Positions 31,996 to 41,414 of a stretch of DNA of 64,000 bases are shown here, one piece after another. A program made the translations under genes and the position numbers. The stretch's first letter is position 1. Each line of letters starts with the position of its first letter. The stretch comes from Planctomycetota bacterium (GTDB lineage Bacteria; Planctomycetota; B15-G4), in contig JBBQUR010000002.1 of the NCBI GenBank assembly GCA_038212275.1, forward strand, positions 128,001 through 192,000, given 5' to 3'. The notes under the pieces are model-generated. The model was not told the origin of the DNA and searched no databases. It saw nothing but the letters and a program-made list of their open reading frames with translations.

Positions 31996-33003
31996 ATGGG
32001 CAGCACGATCACGACGCCGGGCGGCAGCGCTCCGGCATCAGGTTCCGGCAGCGGCGCCGCAGCGCCGGTCAAGGTCGCGACGCGCGACGCCTACGGCAAG
32101 GCGCTTGCCGCGCTGGGCGCCGTGCGCCCGGACGTCGTCGTGCTGGAGGCGGACCTCTCGGCCTCCACCAAGACGAACATCTTCGCCAAGGCGTTCCCGG
32201 AGCGCTTCCACAACATGGGCGTCTCCGAGGCCAACATGATCGGCGTCGCCTCGGGCCTCGCCTCCACCGGGCTGACCGTCTTCTGCAGCTCCTTCGCGAT
32301 GTTCGCCAGCGGCAAGACCTACGAACAGATCCGCCAGGAAATCGCGCTGCCCGTGGCCAACGTGAAGATCTGCGCGACGCACGCGGGCCTCACCGTGGGC
32401 GAGGACGGCGCCAGCCACCAGATGCTGGAAGACCTCACGATCATGCGCGTGCTCCCCAACATGACCGTCATCGCGCCGGCCGACGGCACGGAGACCGAGC
32501 AGGTCATCGCGGCCGTCGCCGCCATGAAGGGCCCGTGCTACGTGCGGCTCGGGCGCATGAAGACGCCGCAGTTCCTGCCGGCAGACTACCGCTTCCAGAT
32601 CGGCAAGGCCGCGCTGCTGCGCAACGGCGAGGCGGTCACGCTCATCGGCACCGGCGTCACGTCGTGGTATGCGCTGCGCGCCGCGGACCTGCTCGCGGCC
32701 GACGGCATTTCGGCGCGCGTGCTCAACATGTCGACGATCAAGCCGCTGGACGTGGAGGCGCTCCTCGCCGCGGCCACGGAGACGGGCGGCATCGTCACCG
32801 TCGAGGAGCACCAGCGCGCGGGCGGACTCGGCGGCGCCGTCGCAGAGGCGGTCTCCGAGAGCAGGCGCCCGTGCCGCGTCGTGCGCCTCGGCATGCGCGA
32901 CCGCTTCGGCGAGAGCGGCGATGGCGAACAACTGCTCGAACACTTCGGCCTCACGGCGCCGGCCATCGCCGCGGCCGCACGCGAACTGCTCGCGCGCGCC
33001 TGA
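31996..33003 (+). CDS. Transketolase, C-terminal (pyrimidine-binding) subunit
   Basis: ATRDAYG, ADLSAST, MGVSEANM, HAGLTVGEDGASHQ, TIKPLD, EEH. Confidence 0.92.
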   Translation: MGSTITTPGGSAPASGSGSGAAAPVKVATRDAYGKALAALGAVRPDVVVLEADLSASTKTNIFAKAFPERFHNMGVSEANMIGVASGLASTGLTVFCSSFAMFASGKTYEQIRQEIALPVANVKICATHAGLTVGEDGASHQMLEDLTIMRVLPNMTVIAPADGTETEQVIAAVAAMKGPCYVRLGRMKTPQFLPADYRFQIGKAALLRNGEAVTLIGTGVTSWYALRAADLLAADGISARVLNMSTIKPLDVEALLAAATETGGIVTVEEHQRAGGLGGAVAEAVSESRRPCRVVRLGMRDRFGESGDGEQLLEHFGLTAPAIAAAARELLARA

Positions 33004-33049
33004 CCCGGCACGCCCACCACGCGCCCACCCACACACGGAGTCCCTGACG

Positions 33050-33922
33050 ATGTCCACCACCGCAACCGCCATCGCGCCTCGCGAAGCGCCCCCCGTGCCC
33101 GACTTCGCGGCCCTCGCCGGCATCGCGCACGACCTGCGCGTCGACGTGCTCACGATGCTCAACAAGTCCGCCTCCGGTCACCCCGGCGGCTCGCTCGGCA
33201 TGGCGGACGTCTTCACCACGCTCTGGTTCGGCGGCTGGATGAACACCGATCCGCAGCGCCCCGACTGGGCCGACCGCGACCGCTTCGTGCTGAGCAACGG
33301 CCACATCTGCCCGATCCTCTACGCGATCCTCGCGCGCAAGGGCTACTTCCCGCGCTCGGACCTCTGGACGCTGCGCAAGCTGGGCTCGCCGCTGCAGGGC
33401 CACCCGGACTTCCACTTCACCAAGGGCGTGGACGCGTGCACGGGCAGCCTCGGCAACGGGCTCTCGGTGGCGCTCGGCATCGCCATGGGAGGACGCCAGC
33501 AGGGAAAGAACTTCCGCGTGTACGCCGGCAGCAGCGACGGCGAGTCGCAGGAAGGCCAGGTCTGGGAGATGGCCACGGCCGCCGCGCACCACGAGGTGGA
33601 CAACCTCTGCGTCATGGTGGACTGGAACGGCATCCAGATCGACGGCTACAACCGGGACGTCATGGACGTGCGTGACCTGCGCGCCAAGTACGAGGCCTTC
33701 GGCTGGCACGCGCAGACCATCGACGGCCAGGACATGCGCGCGGTGGACGGCGCGCTGCGCGTGGCCGCCACCGTGAAGGGGCAGCCGCAAGTCATCCTGT
33801 GCCGCACCGTGCTCGGATGGCCCATTTCGTTCATGCTGAACAAGCCGCACTGGCATGGCGTGGCGCCCGACGATGCCCAGCTCGCGCAGGCGCTGTCGGA
33901 ACTGAACGCCGGGAAGCGCTAG
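33050..33922 (+). CDS. Transketolase, N-terminal (TPP-binding) subunit
   Basis: SGHPGGSLG, RDRFVLSNGH, LQGHP, TGSLGNG, SDGESQEGQVWE, WHG; ggag RBS before ATG 33050. Confidence 0.92.
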   Translation: MSTTATAIAPREAPPVPDFAALAGIAHDLRVDVLTMLNKSASGHPGGSLGMADVFTTLWFGGWMNTDPQRPDWADRDRFVLSNGHICPILYAILARKGYFPRSDLWTLRKLGSPLQGHPDFHFTKGVDACTGSLGNGLSVALGIAMGGRQQGKNFRVYAGSSDGESQEGQVWEMATAAAHHEVDNLCVMVDWNGIQIDGYNRDVMDVRDLRAKYEAFGWHAQTIDGQDMRAVDGALRVAATVKGQPQVILCRTVLGWPISFMLNKPHWHGVAPDDAQLAQALSELNAGKR

Positions 33923-34048
33923 AACCGCGCTAGAACTAGGCGCCCTTCACGGGGCAGGAGAGCTCGCACCGGCAGGGTGCATCGGTCCGCGCACGGAGCC
34001 ATGCGCCAGACAGCCGCGCGCCATCAAGGCGCGCAAAGGACGGAAGAC

Positions 34049-35344
34049 ATGGCAAAGAGCGGTGGCAAGAGTCCCGGTTTCTCGCGACTGACCGTGACGC
34101 CCACGGTGAACCCGACGCCGGCGCCTGGCGCGACACGCGGCGGTCCCTCCACCGATCCGCGCGGTGCGGGTGAGGGCAGGCCGGCGGCGCCGACGCGCAT
34201 CGAATACTTCGCGCCGTGCACGCTGGGCGTGGAGGCCGCGCTCGCGGCGGAGCTCGCGGAGCTGGGCGCGCAGGAGATTGCCACGCGCCCCGGCGGCGCG
34301 TCCTTCGTCGGCGACAGGAAGCTCGGCTACGCGGCCAACCTCTGGCTGCGCTCGGCCATCCGGGTGCAGGACCTGCTGCTGCGCGCGCCGGCCCGCGGCA
34401 AGGAGCAGCTGTATGCCGCCGTGCAGCGCATCGACTGGTCGCAGTACATGCGCCTCGAGCAGACGCTGGCCATCGACGCCTCGGTGCGCGACTCCGAGCT
34501 CACGCACAGCAACTTCGCGGGCCTCACCGTGAAGGACGCCATCGTCGACCAGTTCCGCACGCGCACCGGGCTGCGCCCCAGCGTGGACGCCGACAATCCC
34601 GACCTGCCGCTGAAGGTCGTGCTCATGAACGATGCGCTCACACTGTGGCGCAATCTCTCCGGCGAGAGCCTGCACAAGCGCGGCTACCGCCCGGTGCAGG
34701 TGAAGAGCCCGCTCAACGAGGCCACCGCCGCCGGCCTGCTGCGCCTCTCCGGCTGGGACCGCGTCTCTCCGCTGGTGGACCCGATGTGCGGTTCGGGCAC
34801 GCTGCTCATCGAGGCTGCGCTGCTTGCGGCCGATCGCGCGCCGGGCATGAACCGCCGTTTCGCCTTCGAGCGCTGGCCCGACCTGGACGTGGAGCTGTGG
34901 CGCTCCGTGCAGGCCGACGCACGCGCGCGCGCCAGAGACACGCTGCCCTTCGCGATCGAGGGTGCGGACCGTCACGGCGGCGCGATCTCCATCGCCGAGA
35001 AGAGCGCACACGACGCGGGCGTCGCGGGCCTCGTGCGCTTCACCGTCGCCGACGCCGCGGACTGGACGCCGGTGAGCGCGATCAAGCACTCCGGCGGGCA
35101 GGGCCCGGCGCTCACCGTCATCACCAACCCGCCCTACGGCGAGCGCATCGGCGAGGGCGAGGACCTCGCCGCGTCCTGGCGTGCGCTGGGACGCTTCCTC
35201 AAGGAGCGCTGCCGCGGCGGCCGCGGCTTCGTACTGACCGGCAACGCGGACCTGCCGCGCCACCTCGGCATGCACGCCTCGCGCCAGATCCCGGTGATGA
35301 ACGGCCCGATCGAATGCCGGCTCTTCGAGTACGAGCTGCGCTGA
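34049..35344 (+). CDS. THUMP-domain RNA methyltransferase (RlmL-like)
   Basis: ANLWLRSAIRV, SGESLHKRGYR, PLNEATAAG, DPMCGSGT, ITNPPYGERI. Confidence 0.9.
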   Translation: MAKSGGKSPGFSRLTVTPTVNPTPAPGATRGGPSTDPRGAGEGRPAAPTRIEYFAPCTLGVEAALAAELAELGAQEIATRPGGASFVGDRKLGYAANLWLRSAIRVQDLLLRAPARGKEQLYAAVQRIDWSQYMRLEQTLAIDASVRDSELTHSNFAGLTVKDAIVDQFRTRTGLRPSVDADNPDLPLKVVLMNDALTLWRNLSGESLHKRGYRPVQVKSPLNEATAAGLLRLSGWDRVSPLVDPMCGSGTLLIEAALLAADRAPGMNRRFAFERWPDLDVELWRSVQADARARARDTLPFAIEGADRHGGAISIAEKSAHDAGVAGLVRFTVADAADWTPVSAIKHSGGQGPALTVITNPPYGERIGEGEDLAASWRALGRFLKERCRGGRGFVLTGNADLPRHLGMHASRQIPVMNGPIECRLFEYELR

Positions 35345-35544
35345 GGCCCGGCCGCCTGGCGACCGGCGGTTCACGGAAGTTTCATGCAGCGCGCCGCACG
35401 GCGTTCATCGTGGCCCGCGATGTTCTCGTCCAGCCAAAGCGATGACCGGAACCTCGCTCGCGCTTCCACTCGGCGGCCGCTGGGCGCCTCACCATCAAGC
35501 CGCTCCGGTCATCCCGGATGCACCCGCGCCCGCGGAGCATCCTG

Positions 35545-35585
35545 AGGAGGTCTCGCCACCGGGGTGGCGAGACCTCCTTTTCTTT
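35545..35585 (+). terminator. Strong intrinsic terminator hairpin
   Basis: AGGAGGTCTCGCCAC-cggg-GTGGCGAGACCTCCT followed by TTTCTTT, between convergent genes. Confidence 0.85.
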
Positions 35586-35617
35586 GCAGGTGGCTGCCGC
35601 GCGGCGCGGCGCGACCT

Positions 35618-36934
35618 CTAGAGACCGCCGACTCGCTGAACGATCCAGTACGTGGACAGCAGCACGGCGGTCGCGCACGCCGGGAGACGCACGGCGCGCG
35701 GAGCCAGCCAGCGTGACTGCCCGTCGCGCACAGCGTCGCGCACAGCTTCGCGCGCCGTGTCGGGCGCCGCGTCGCGCGCCGTGTCGGGCGCCGCGTCGCG
35801 CGCCGTGTCGGGCGCCGCGTCGCGCGCCGTGTCGGGCGCCGCGTCGCGCGCCGCGTCGCGCGCCGTGTCGGGCGCCGACGTGCTGCTGCGTGACAACATC
35901 GCTCGCCGCCTCGCAAGCGTGGCCGGCAGCGCCATCGCGGCCAGCACGGCCAGCACGGCGGCGACGACGATGAGCTGACCGGCTTCCACGCCCAGGTTGA
36001 AGCCGATGAGCGCGCGCAGCGGCTGCGGCTCGCCGTAGAGCGCCTCGCCGAGGAATCCCGCGAAACCCAGGCCGTGCACGAGGCCGAAGACGAAGGCCTC
36101 GCGCCAGCGCGCCCGCGGCTGCTTCGCGAAAAGCGTGGCGAGGCCGACCCACGCGATGGACAGCGCGATGACGACCTCCACCGGCCGGCTGCTCACGTGC
36201 ACGACGCCTGTCGCCGCGAGCGCCAGAGTCACCGAGTGCGCCAGCGTGAAGGCCGTGATGACACCGAGCAGCGAGCGCAGCGTCCCCGCGGCGAGGATGA
36301 GCGCGGCCACGAACGCGATGTGGTCCCAGCCCGAGAGGATGTGACGGATGCCCAGCTCCACCCAGCCGAGCATCGACCGGGCCTCGGGCGGGGACTCCGG
36401 CGCGAAGTAGCGGCGGAACTGCCCCATCCAGAACTGCGTCTCCAGCGGCTCGCCGCCGTTCCAGACGAGCTGACACAGATCGCTGTGGTCGGGAGCGGAC
36501 TCGCGGAACAGCATCACCTCGAGCATCAGGTCGGGGATCAGCTCCGCCGCGCGGTAGTCCAGCGTGAGGTCCACCCATTGCGTCGGCCAGGCGGCCTCCG
36601 TGTCGGGCGGCGTGGCGGACAGCGCCGCGAGCGTGCCGACGAGCACGGTGCCGGCACGGCCGTCGCCGCCGCTGCCCGCGCGCAGCACGAAGCGTTCGTT
36701 GACGTAGGCGAGGAGCGGGTCGCGCAGCGCCTGCAGCTCGGTGTCGTTCAGCCAGCCGTCGCCGTCGGCATCGGCGTCCGTGCCGAAGACCTCGAGCAGC
36801 GATTGCGCCTGGCAGCGCAGCTCCAGCCGCGCGGCGGCGCCGGTGACCACGACGCGCGACGTGCTCAGCGAATTGGGATGCGGCGGCAGCGCGAGCAGCA
36901 GCGACAGCAGGCACATCGGCAGCATCGGCAGCAT
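35618..36934 (-). CDS. HupE/UreJ family protein with N-terminal extracytoplasmic domain
   Basis: Signal followed by HP; LGIRHILSGWDHIAF, TAFTLAHSVTL, FGLVHGLGFAG, FNLGVEAGQ. Confidence 0.88.
   Translation of the reverse strand: MLPMLPMCLLSLLLALPPHPNSLSTSRVVVTGAAARLELRCQAQSLLEVFGTDADADGDGWLNDTELQALRDPLLAYVNERFVLRAGSGGDGRAGTVLVGTLAALSATPPDTEAAWPTQWVDLTLDYRAAELIPDLMLEVMLFRESAPDHSDLCQLVWNGGEPLETQFWMGQFRRYFAPESPPEARSMLGWVELGIRHILSGWDHIAFVAALILAAGTLRSLLGVITAFTLAHSVTLALAATGVVHVSSRPVEVVIALSIAWVGLATLFAKQPRARWREAFVFGLVHGLGFAGFLGEALYGEPQPLRALIGFNLGVEAGQLIVVAAVLAVLAAMALPATLARRRAMLSRSSTSAPDTARDAARDAAPDTARDAAPDTARDAAPDTARDAAPDTAREAVRDAVRDGQSRWLAPRAVRLPACATAVLLSTYWIVQRVGGL
35749..35878. repeat. In-frame 24-bp tandem repeat (APDTARDA, about 5 units) inside HupE/UreJ
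   Basis: cgcgcgccgtgtcgggcgccgcgt repeated, with one 12-bp half unit. Confidence 0.9.
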
Positions 36935-37016
36935 CGACTCAAGATACCCGGGCGGAGCATCGGTCCGGCCGGCGCCGGATTATGATGCGGGCGTTCCGAG
37001 GCGCTTCGGGGGTGCG

Positions 37017-39452
37017 ATGTCCGACGACGAGCCGGCCTTCGAGGATCCCGAACTTCTGTTCGAGGAATACGTGCAGAGGATCGAGGCGGAGCCCGATCTG
37101 CCGCTCGAACCGCTGCTCGCCCGCGCCGGGCCGCGCGTCGGCGAACTGCAATCGCTGCTGCAGCTGTACGGCGCGATGGAAAGCGTGCGCAATGGCGCCG
37201 CCGTCGACGAGCCTCCACCGGACCTGCTTCTGCAGCGCCTCGGTCGCTTCGAGCGCTTGAAACTCATCGGCGAGGGCGGGCTCTCGCGCGTCTACCTCGC
37301 ATACGACACCCAGCTGCACCGCTCCGTCGCGCTCAAGCTGCTGCACACGCAGCACGTCGACGGCGACGGCGCGCACACCTGGCTGCTGAACGAGGGCCGG
37401 TCGATCGCGCGCCTGGAACATCCGGGCGTCGTGCGCATCATCGAGATGGGCGAGGTCGACGGCATGACCTACATCGCGATGGAGCACGTGCCCGGTCCGA
37501 GCCTGCGCACGGTGCTGGCCTGCCTGCGCGACATGGCGGGGCGCCCGGAAAAGGATGGCCCGCCGATCACGCCCGAGGGGCGCGCGGCGGCCGAGCAGTT
37601 GCTCAGCGTGACGGCGCGTTGCGCGCTCGTCGCCGAACTCGCCGAGGCGGTCGCGTGGTGCCACGAGCACGGCGTCATCCACCGCGACATCAAGCCCGCC
37701 AACGTGCTGCTCGCGGACGGCCTGCACCCGAAGCTGATCGACTTCGGCCTGGCGCACCTGGAATCCGCGCACGCGCTGGCCACCGACATCACGCGGCGGC
37801 TCGTGGGCACGCTGGCGTACATCGCGCCCGAGCAGGTGGACAACAACCGGACCGGCGCCAGCGAGCGCAGCGACCAGTTCTCGCTGGGCGTGCTGCTCGT
37901 GGAGCTGCTGTCGCTGACCAATCCCTTCCGGCGCAACTCGCACACCGAAACCATGGAGGCCATCTCGCGCGCCGAGTCGCCGCGCCCGCGCAAGCTGGAC
38001 CCGGCCATCTCGGAAGACCTCGAACGCATCTGCGTGCACGCGCTGGAGCGCGACGCGCAGCTCCGCTACCCGACGGTGGGCGCGCTCGCCGCCGACCTGC
38101 GGGCCTTTCTCGAGCACCGCGCGATCTCGCTGCGCGCGCCGACGCCCGGCAGGCTCGTCGCGCTGTGGGCTCGGCGCAACCGGCGCCGGCTGCTGCTGCT
38201 CGGCGCGGCCGGCGGCCTGGCGCTCACCCTCGGCGCCGGCGTGCACGCTGCAGGGTTGCGCTCGACGCGCGCCTCGCTGGAGGACGCCGTGAACTCCATC
38301 GCGTCCTCGCTGCCGCAGCACCGCACGCCCCGCGACTTCACCGCCATCTACCTCGAGCTGGACAACCTGCGGCGGCGCGCCGAGGAGTTCGACGACACGA
38401 TGCTGGCAGGCCCGATCTTCGCGCCGATGGCGCCGCGCGTCGCGGACACGGCGCTGGCCTGCTCGCGCCGCGTGAGCGAGCTGTTCAACGAACGCCTGGC
38501 GTCGTTCGAGCACCTCCAGGTCGAGGCCGAGGTCGAGCAGCGGACCGTGGATCTGCTGCAGCAATGGTCCTCGGTGCTCCGGCAGGACCGCCTCGTCTGC
38601 CCGGACAGCCCATACACCGCGGACGCCGCCGCGCGCGGCACCATCGAACTGCCTCAATCCACGCCGACGCACGCGGTGCGGCTCTACCGCTGCGACACCC
38701 TGCCACGCTACCCGGTGGCCTCCGTGCTGGAGGAAGTGCCGGACGCGCGCGAGCTGACCCCCGGCCGGTATCGGCTGCTCGTGCTGGACCGGAGTGCCGC
38801 GGGACGTGCGCCCGACGACCTGTCGAGCGCGCAGGAGATGGAGTTCAGCCTGCGTTACGAAGCGCCGCGCTGGATCGCCACGCCGCATCCGATGTCACCC
38901 GAGCTGCAGGCCTCGCTGCTGGCGTGTCCGGGCGGCCCCATCCGGCTGGGCAACACGGACTCGGAGCTGGTCGTTCCGTGGGAAGAGGTGGGCGTGGAGC
39001 CCTTCTTCATCGCGCCGCGGCCCGTCACCTGGCGCGAGGTCAGCGCCTTGTGGGGAGAGGAGCTGACCGGGAGCTTCGTGCGCATCTATGAGAGTGCGCT
39101 GGCTTCGATGGGCTCGGACTTCAAGCAGCCGGTCGACCTCGACGATCCCGCGGTGCTGACCTGGAGGTTCGCGCAGAAGTTCGCCTCCGAGTCGGGCGCC
39201 CGGCTGCCCACCGTGCTCGAGTGGCGCCTGGCCGTCGGCATGCCCGGCTTCGTCGTCTCCGACGACGCGACCGTGGCCGTGGCCGAGTGGACCTCGGTCG
39301 TCTCGTACGAAGAGCAGAACATGCGCTACCGCGTGAAGTACAAGCAGCGCGAGGATCCGAACTGGCCCCACTGGACCTCGCAGAGTCTGGATTCCGGTCT
39401 CGCTCCGGGAATCGGCTTTCGATTGGCGCGCAGCCGCCCCTTGATGCCGTGA
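37017..39452 (+). CDS. Hanks-type Ser/Thr protein kinase with TM helix and degenerate FGE-sulfatase-like C-terminus
   Basis: IGEGGLSRVY, VALK, HRDIKPAN, DFG, GTLAYIAPEQ; C-terminal ARLPTVLEW...IGFRLARS. Confidence 0.9.
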   Translation: MSDDEPAFEDPELLFEEYVQRIEAEPDLPLEPLLARAGPRVGELQSLLQLYGAMESVRNGAAVDEPPPDLLLQRLGRFERLKLIGEGGLSRVYLAYDTQLHRSVALKLLHTQHVDGDGAHTWLLNEGRSIARLEHPGVVRIIEMGEVDGMTYIAMEHVPGPSLRTVLACLRDMAGRPEKDGPPITPEGRAAAEQLLSVTARCALVAELAEAVAWCHEHGVIHRDIKPANVLLADGLHPKLIDFGLAHLESAHALATDITRRLVGTLAYIAPEQVDNNRTGASERSDQFSLGVLLVELLSLTNPFRRNSHTETMEAISRAESPRPRKLDPAISEDLERICVHALERDAQLRYPTVGALAADLRAFLEHRAISLRAPTPGRLVALWARRNRRRLLLLGAAGGLALTLGAGVHAAGLRSTRASLEDAVNSIASSLPQHRTPRDFTAIYLELDNLRRRAEEFDDTMLAGPIFAPMAPRVADTALACSRRVSELFNERLASFEHLQVEAEVEQRTVDLLQQWSSVLRQDRLVCPDSPYTADAAARGTIELPQSTPTHAVRLYRCDTLPRYPVASVLEEVPDARELTPGRYRLLVLDRSAAGRAPDDLSSAQEMEFSLRYEAPRWIATPHPMSPELQASLLACPGGPIRLGNTDSELVVPWEEVGVEPFFIAPRPVTWREVSALWGEELTGSFVRIYESALASMGSDFKQPVDLDDPAVLTWRFAQKFASESGARLPTVLEWRLAVGMPGFVVSDDATVAVAEWTSVVSYEEQNMRYRVKYKQREDPNWPHWTSQSLDSGLAPGIGFRLARSRPLMP

Positions 39453-39587
39453 GCGCGACTCGCTCGCGGCCCGCCCTGCACGATCCTGGAGGTTCGTGCA
39501 CGGTCCGCCGGCCGGCGGACGCCACCACTGCCGAGCAGCGCTCCGTCACCGAGCAGCACGAGGAAGCGGCAGTTCTGGAGATCGGCC

Positions 39588-40019
39588 ATGGCCGGGACGC
39601 TTTACGAATTGGGCCTCATCCGCAGGAAAGACGGCGTGCCCATGCCCGCGTCGGGCGACCCTGATGTGCAGGCCGAGCGCGTGTGCCGCGATGTCGCGAC
39701 GTATCTCAGTCAGCTGCGCGCCGGGGCTGCGAATGCCGCGGCCGCCGCGGCCGCCGCCGCGGCAGGCGGGACGGCTCCCGCGACCACGGTCCCGCAGCCG
39801 ACACCGGACGGCCTCGCCGCGTTTCTGCAGTCCAACTGGCCGGGCGCCGCGGCTGCCGTCGCCAGCGAATACTTCTGGGTCCTCGACCCGATCACGGGCA
39901 TACGCATCAAGTTCTGCATCAACAACGAGGTCGTGCTCACGACCGAGAAGCCCCCGGTGGGCAACGACAAGCCCGTCGATCCGTCGCTCGTGATCAGCTT
40001 CCGGATGCTGATGACCTGA
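39588..40019 (+). CDS. Hypothetical protein with poly-Ala linker
   Basis: ggag RBS, GC3-rich codons, 143 aa. Confidence 0.65.
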   Translation: MAGTLYELGLIRRKDGVPMPASGDPDVQAERVCRDVATYLSQLRAGAANAAAAAAAAAAGGTAPATTVPQPTPDGLAAFLQSNWPGAAAAVASEYFWVLDPITGIRIKFCINNEVVLTTEKPPVGNDKPVDPSLVISFRMLMT

Positions 40020-40043
40020 CCGCGCGCGGCCGGCCGCCGCACC

Positions 40044-41414
40044 TCAGCCTTCGCGCACCAGCGCCTCGATGAGCCGCGACAGCTGCACCAGGTCGCGCAG
40101 GTCGAAGGTCTCGACGCGCGAGTGGCTGTTGCGTTGCGGCCAGGCAAGCGGGCAGTCGATCGCGCCCTCGGGCACGAAGCGGCTGCCGTCGTTGCCGCCG
40201 CCCATCGTGCCGAGCTGCAGCGGGATGTCGTGGTGCGAGGCCACCGTGCGCACGGCCGCGAGCGCCGCCGGCGGCGTGATGGACGAGTTGTCCAGCGCGC
40301 GCAGCACGGGGCCGGCGCCGAGCGGCGCGAAGGCGTAGCGCGGGTCTTCGCGCGGGCTGTCGCTGCTGACGAAGGTGTCCACCGCGTAGACGATGGCCGG
40401 CACCGGCCGCAGCGTGCGCGCCGCGACGTCCGCACCCTCCAGGCCGACCTCCTCGCGCGTGGACCAGAGAAAAGTCACCGGGCGCCGCAGCGAGGCGCCA
40501 TGGCCGTCGGCCGCGAGACCCTCCAGCGCGAGCAGCAGCGCGGCGCAGCCGACGCGATCGTCGTTGCTGCGCCCCGCCACGCGATGCGCGCCCAGCGCCA
40601 GCAACTCCTTGGGCACGGTGGCGGTGTCGCCCGGTGCGACGCCCAGCGCCGCGACCTGCGCCGGACTGCGCGCGCCGACGTCCACGAGGAAGGCCTCAGC
40701 GGGCGCCGCGCCCGCGGCGCCGCCCGTGCGGACTGCACTGCCGGTGCCCCCTGCTGCGGGAGCGCCGTTCGCGGCGTTGTCCGGCGCGGCCGGCAGCGCG
40801 ATGCCCGGAAGCACGGCGCCGCTCGCCGTCACCAGTTCGATGGCCGTGCCGCGGTAGAGGTGGTCGTGGAAGCCGCCGAGGCTCCTGCACTCGAGCAAGC
40901 CGTCTTCGTGGATGCCCGTGACGACGAGGCCGATCTCATCGAGGTGCGCGATGAAGGCGATCGGCGCGTCCGCCGCAGCCTTCACGCTTGCAACCGGGAA
41001 CTGCAACCACACGTTGCCGGAGGCATCGATCTGCGGCTGCCAGCGCGGGTCGATGCGGCGCAGCTCGGCCGTGACGGCGTCGGCCACGGGCCCCTCGCGA
41101 CCCGAGACGCCGCGCGCCGCGACGAGCCGCGCGAGCAACGCGGCCGCGTGTCGCTCGTCGTCGGAGCTGCCCGCGACCGGCGCGGACTGGGCCGAGCCAC
41201 GGCCGAAGGCAGGCGCGGCCAAGGCGTCCGCATCCGCAGCACGGGTGCCGACGTGCGCGCCGGCATGCGCGCCGGCATGCGCGCCGACAGCGGCGCCGGC
41301 AGCGGCGCCGGCGCCCTGTCCGTCACCGTCGCCGGCAGCGCTGCAACCGACCGCGACAACGAGCGCGGCACACACGAAGGGCGTCCGCAGGACACGGTCC
41401 GTGAGCGTGCTCAT
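40044..41414 (-). CDS. M42 family metallopeptidase (lipoprotein-like N-terminus)
   Basis: GVSGREG, AHLDEIG, NDDRVG, REEVG, VDT, HSRVE metal ligands intact; start overlaps the upstream stop. Confidence 0.88.
   Translation of the reverse strand: MSTLTDRVLRTPFVCAALVVAVGCSAAGDGDGQGAGAAAGAAVGAHAGAHAGAHVGTRAADADALAAPAFGRGSAQSAPVAGSSDDERHAAALLARLVAARGVSGREGPVADAVTAELRRIDPRWQPQIDASGNVWLQFPVASVKAAADAPIAFIAHLDEIGLVVTGIHEDGLLECRSLGGFHDHLYRGTAIELVTASGAVLPGIALPAAPDNAANGAPAAGGTGSAVRTGGAAGAAPAEAFLVDVGARSPAQVAALGVAPGDTATVPKELLALGAHRVAGRSNDDRVGCAALLLALEGLAADGHGASLRRPVTFLWSTREEVGLEGADVAARTLRPVPAIVYAVDTFVSSDSPREDPRYAFAPLGAGPVLRALDNSSITPPAALAAVRTVASHHDIPLQLGTMGGGNDGSRFVPEGAIDCPLAWPQRNSHSRVETFDLRDLVQLSRLIEALVREG

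Noticed and set aside
35749..35878. 24-bp repeats as a CRISPR array
   Set aside because: Head-to-tail with no unique spacers, in-frame within HupE/UreJ, and no cas genes in the window.
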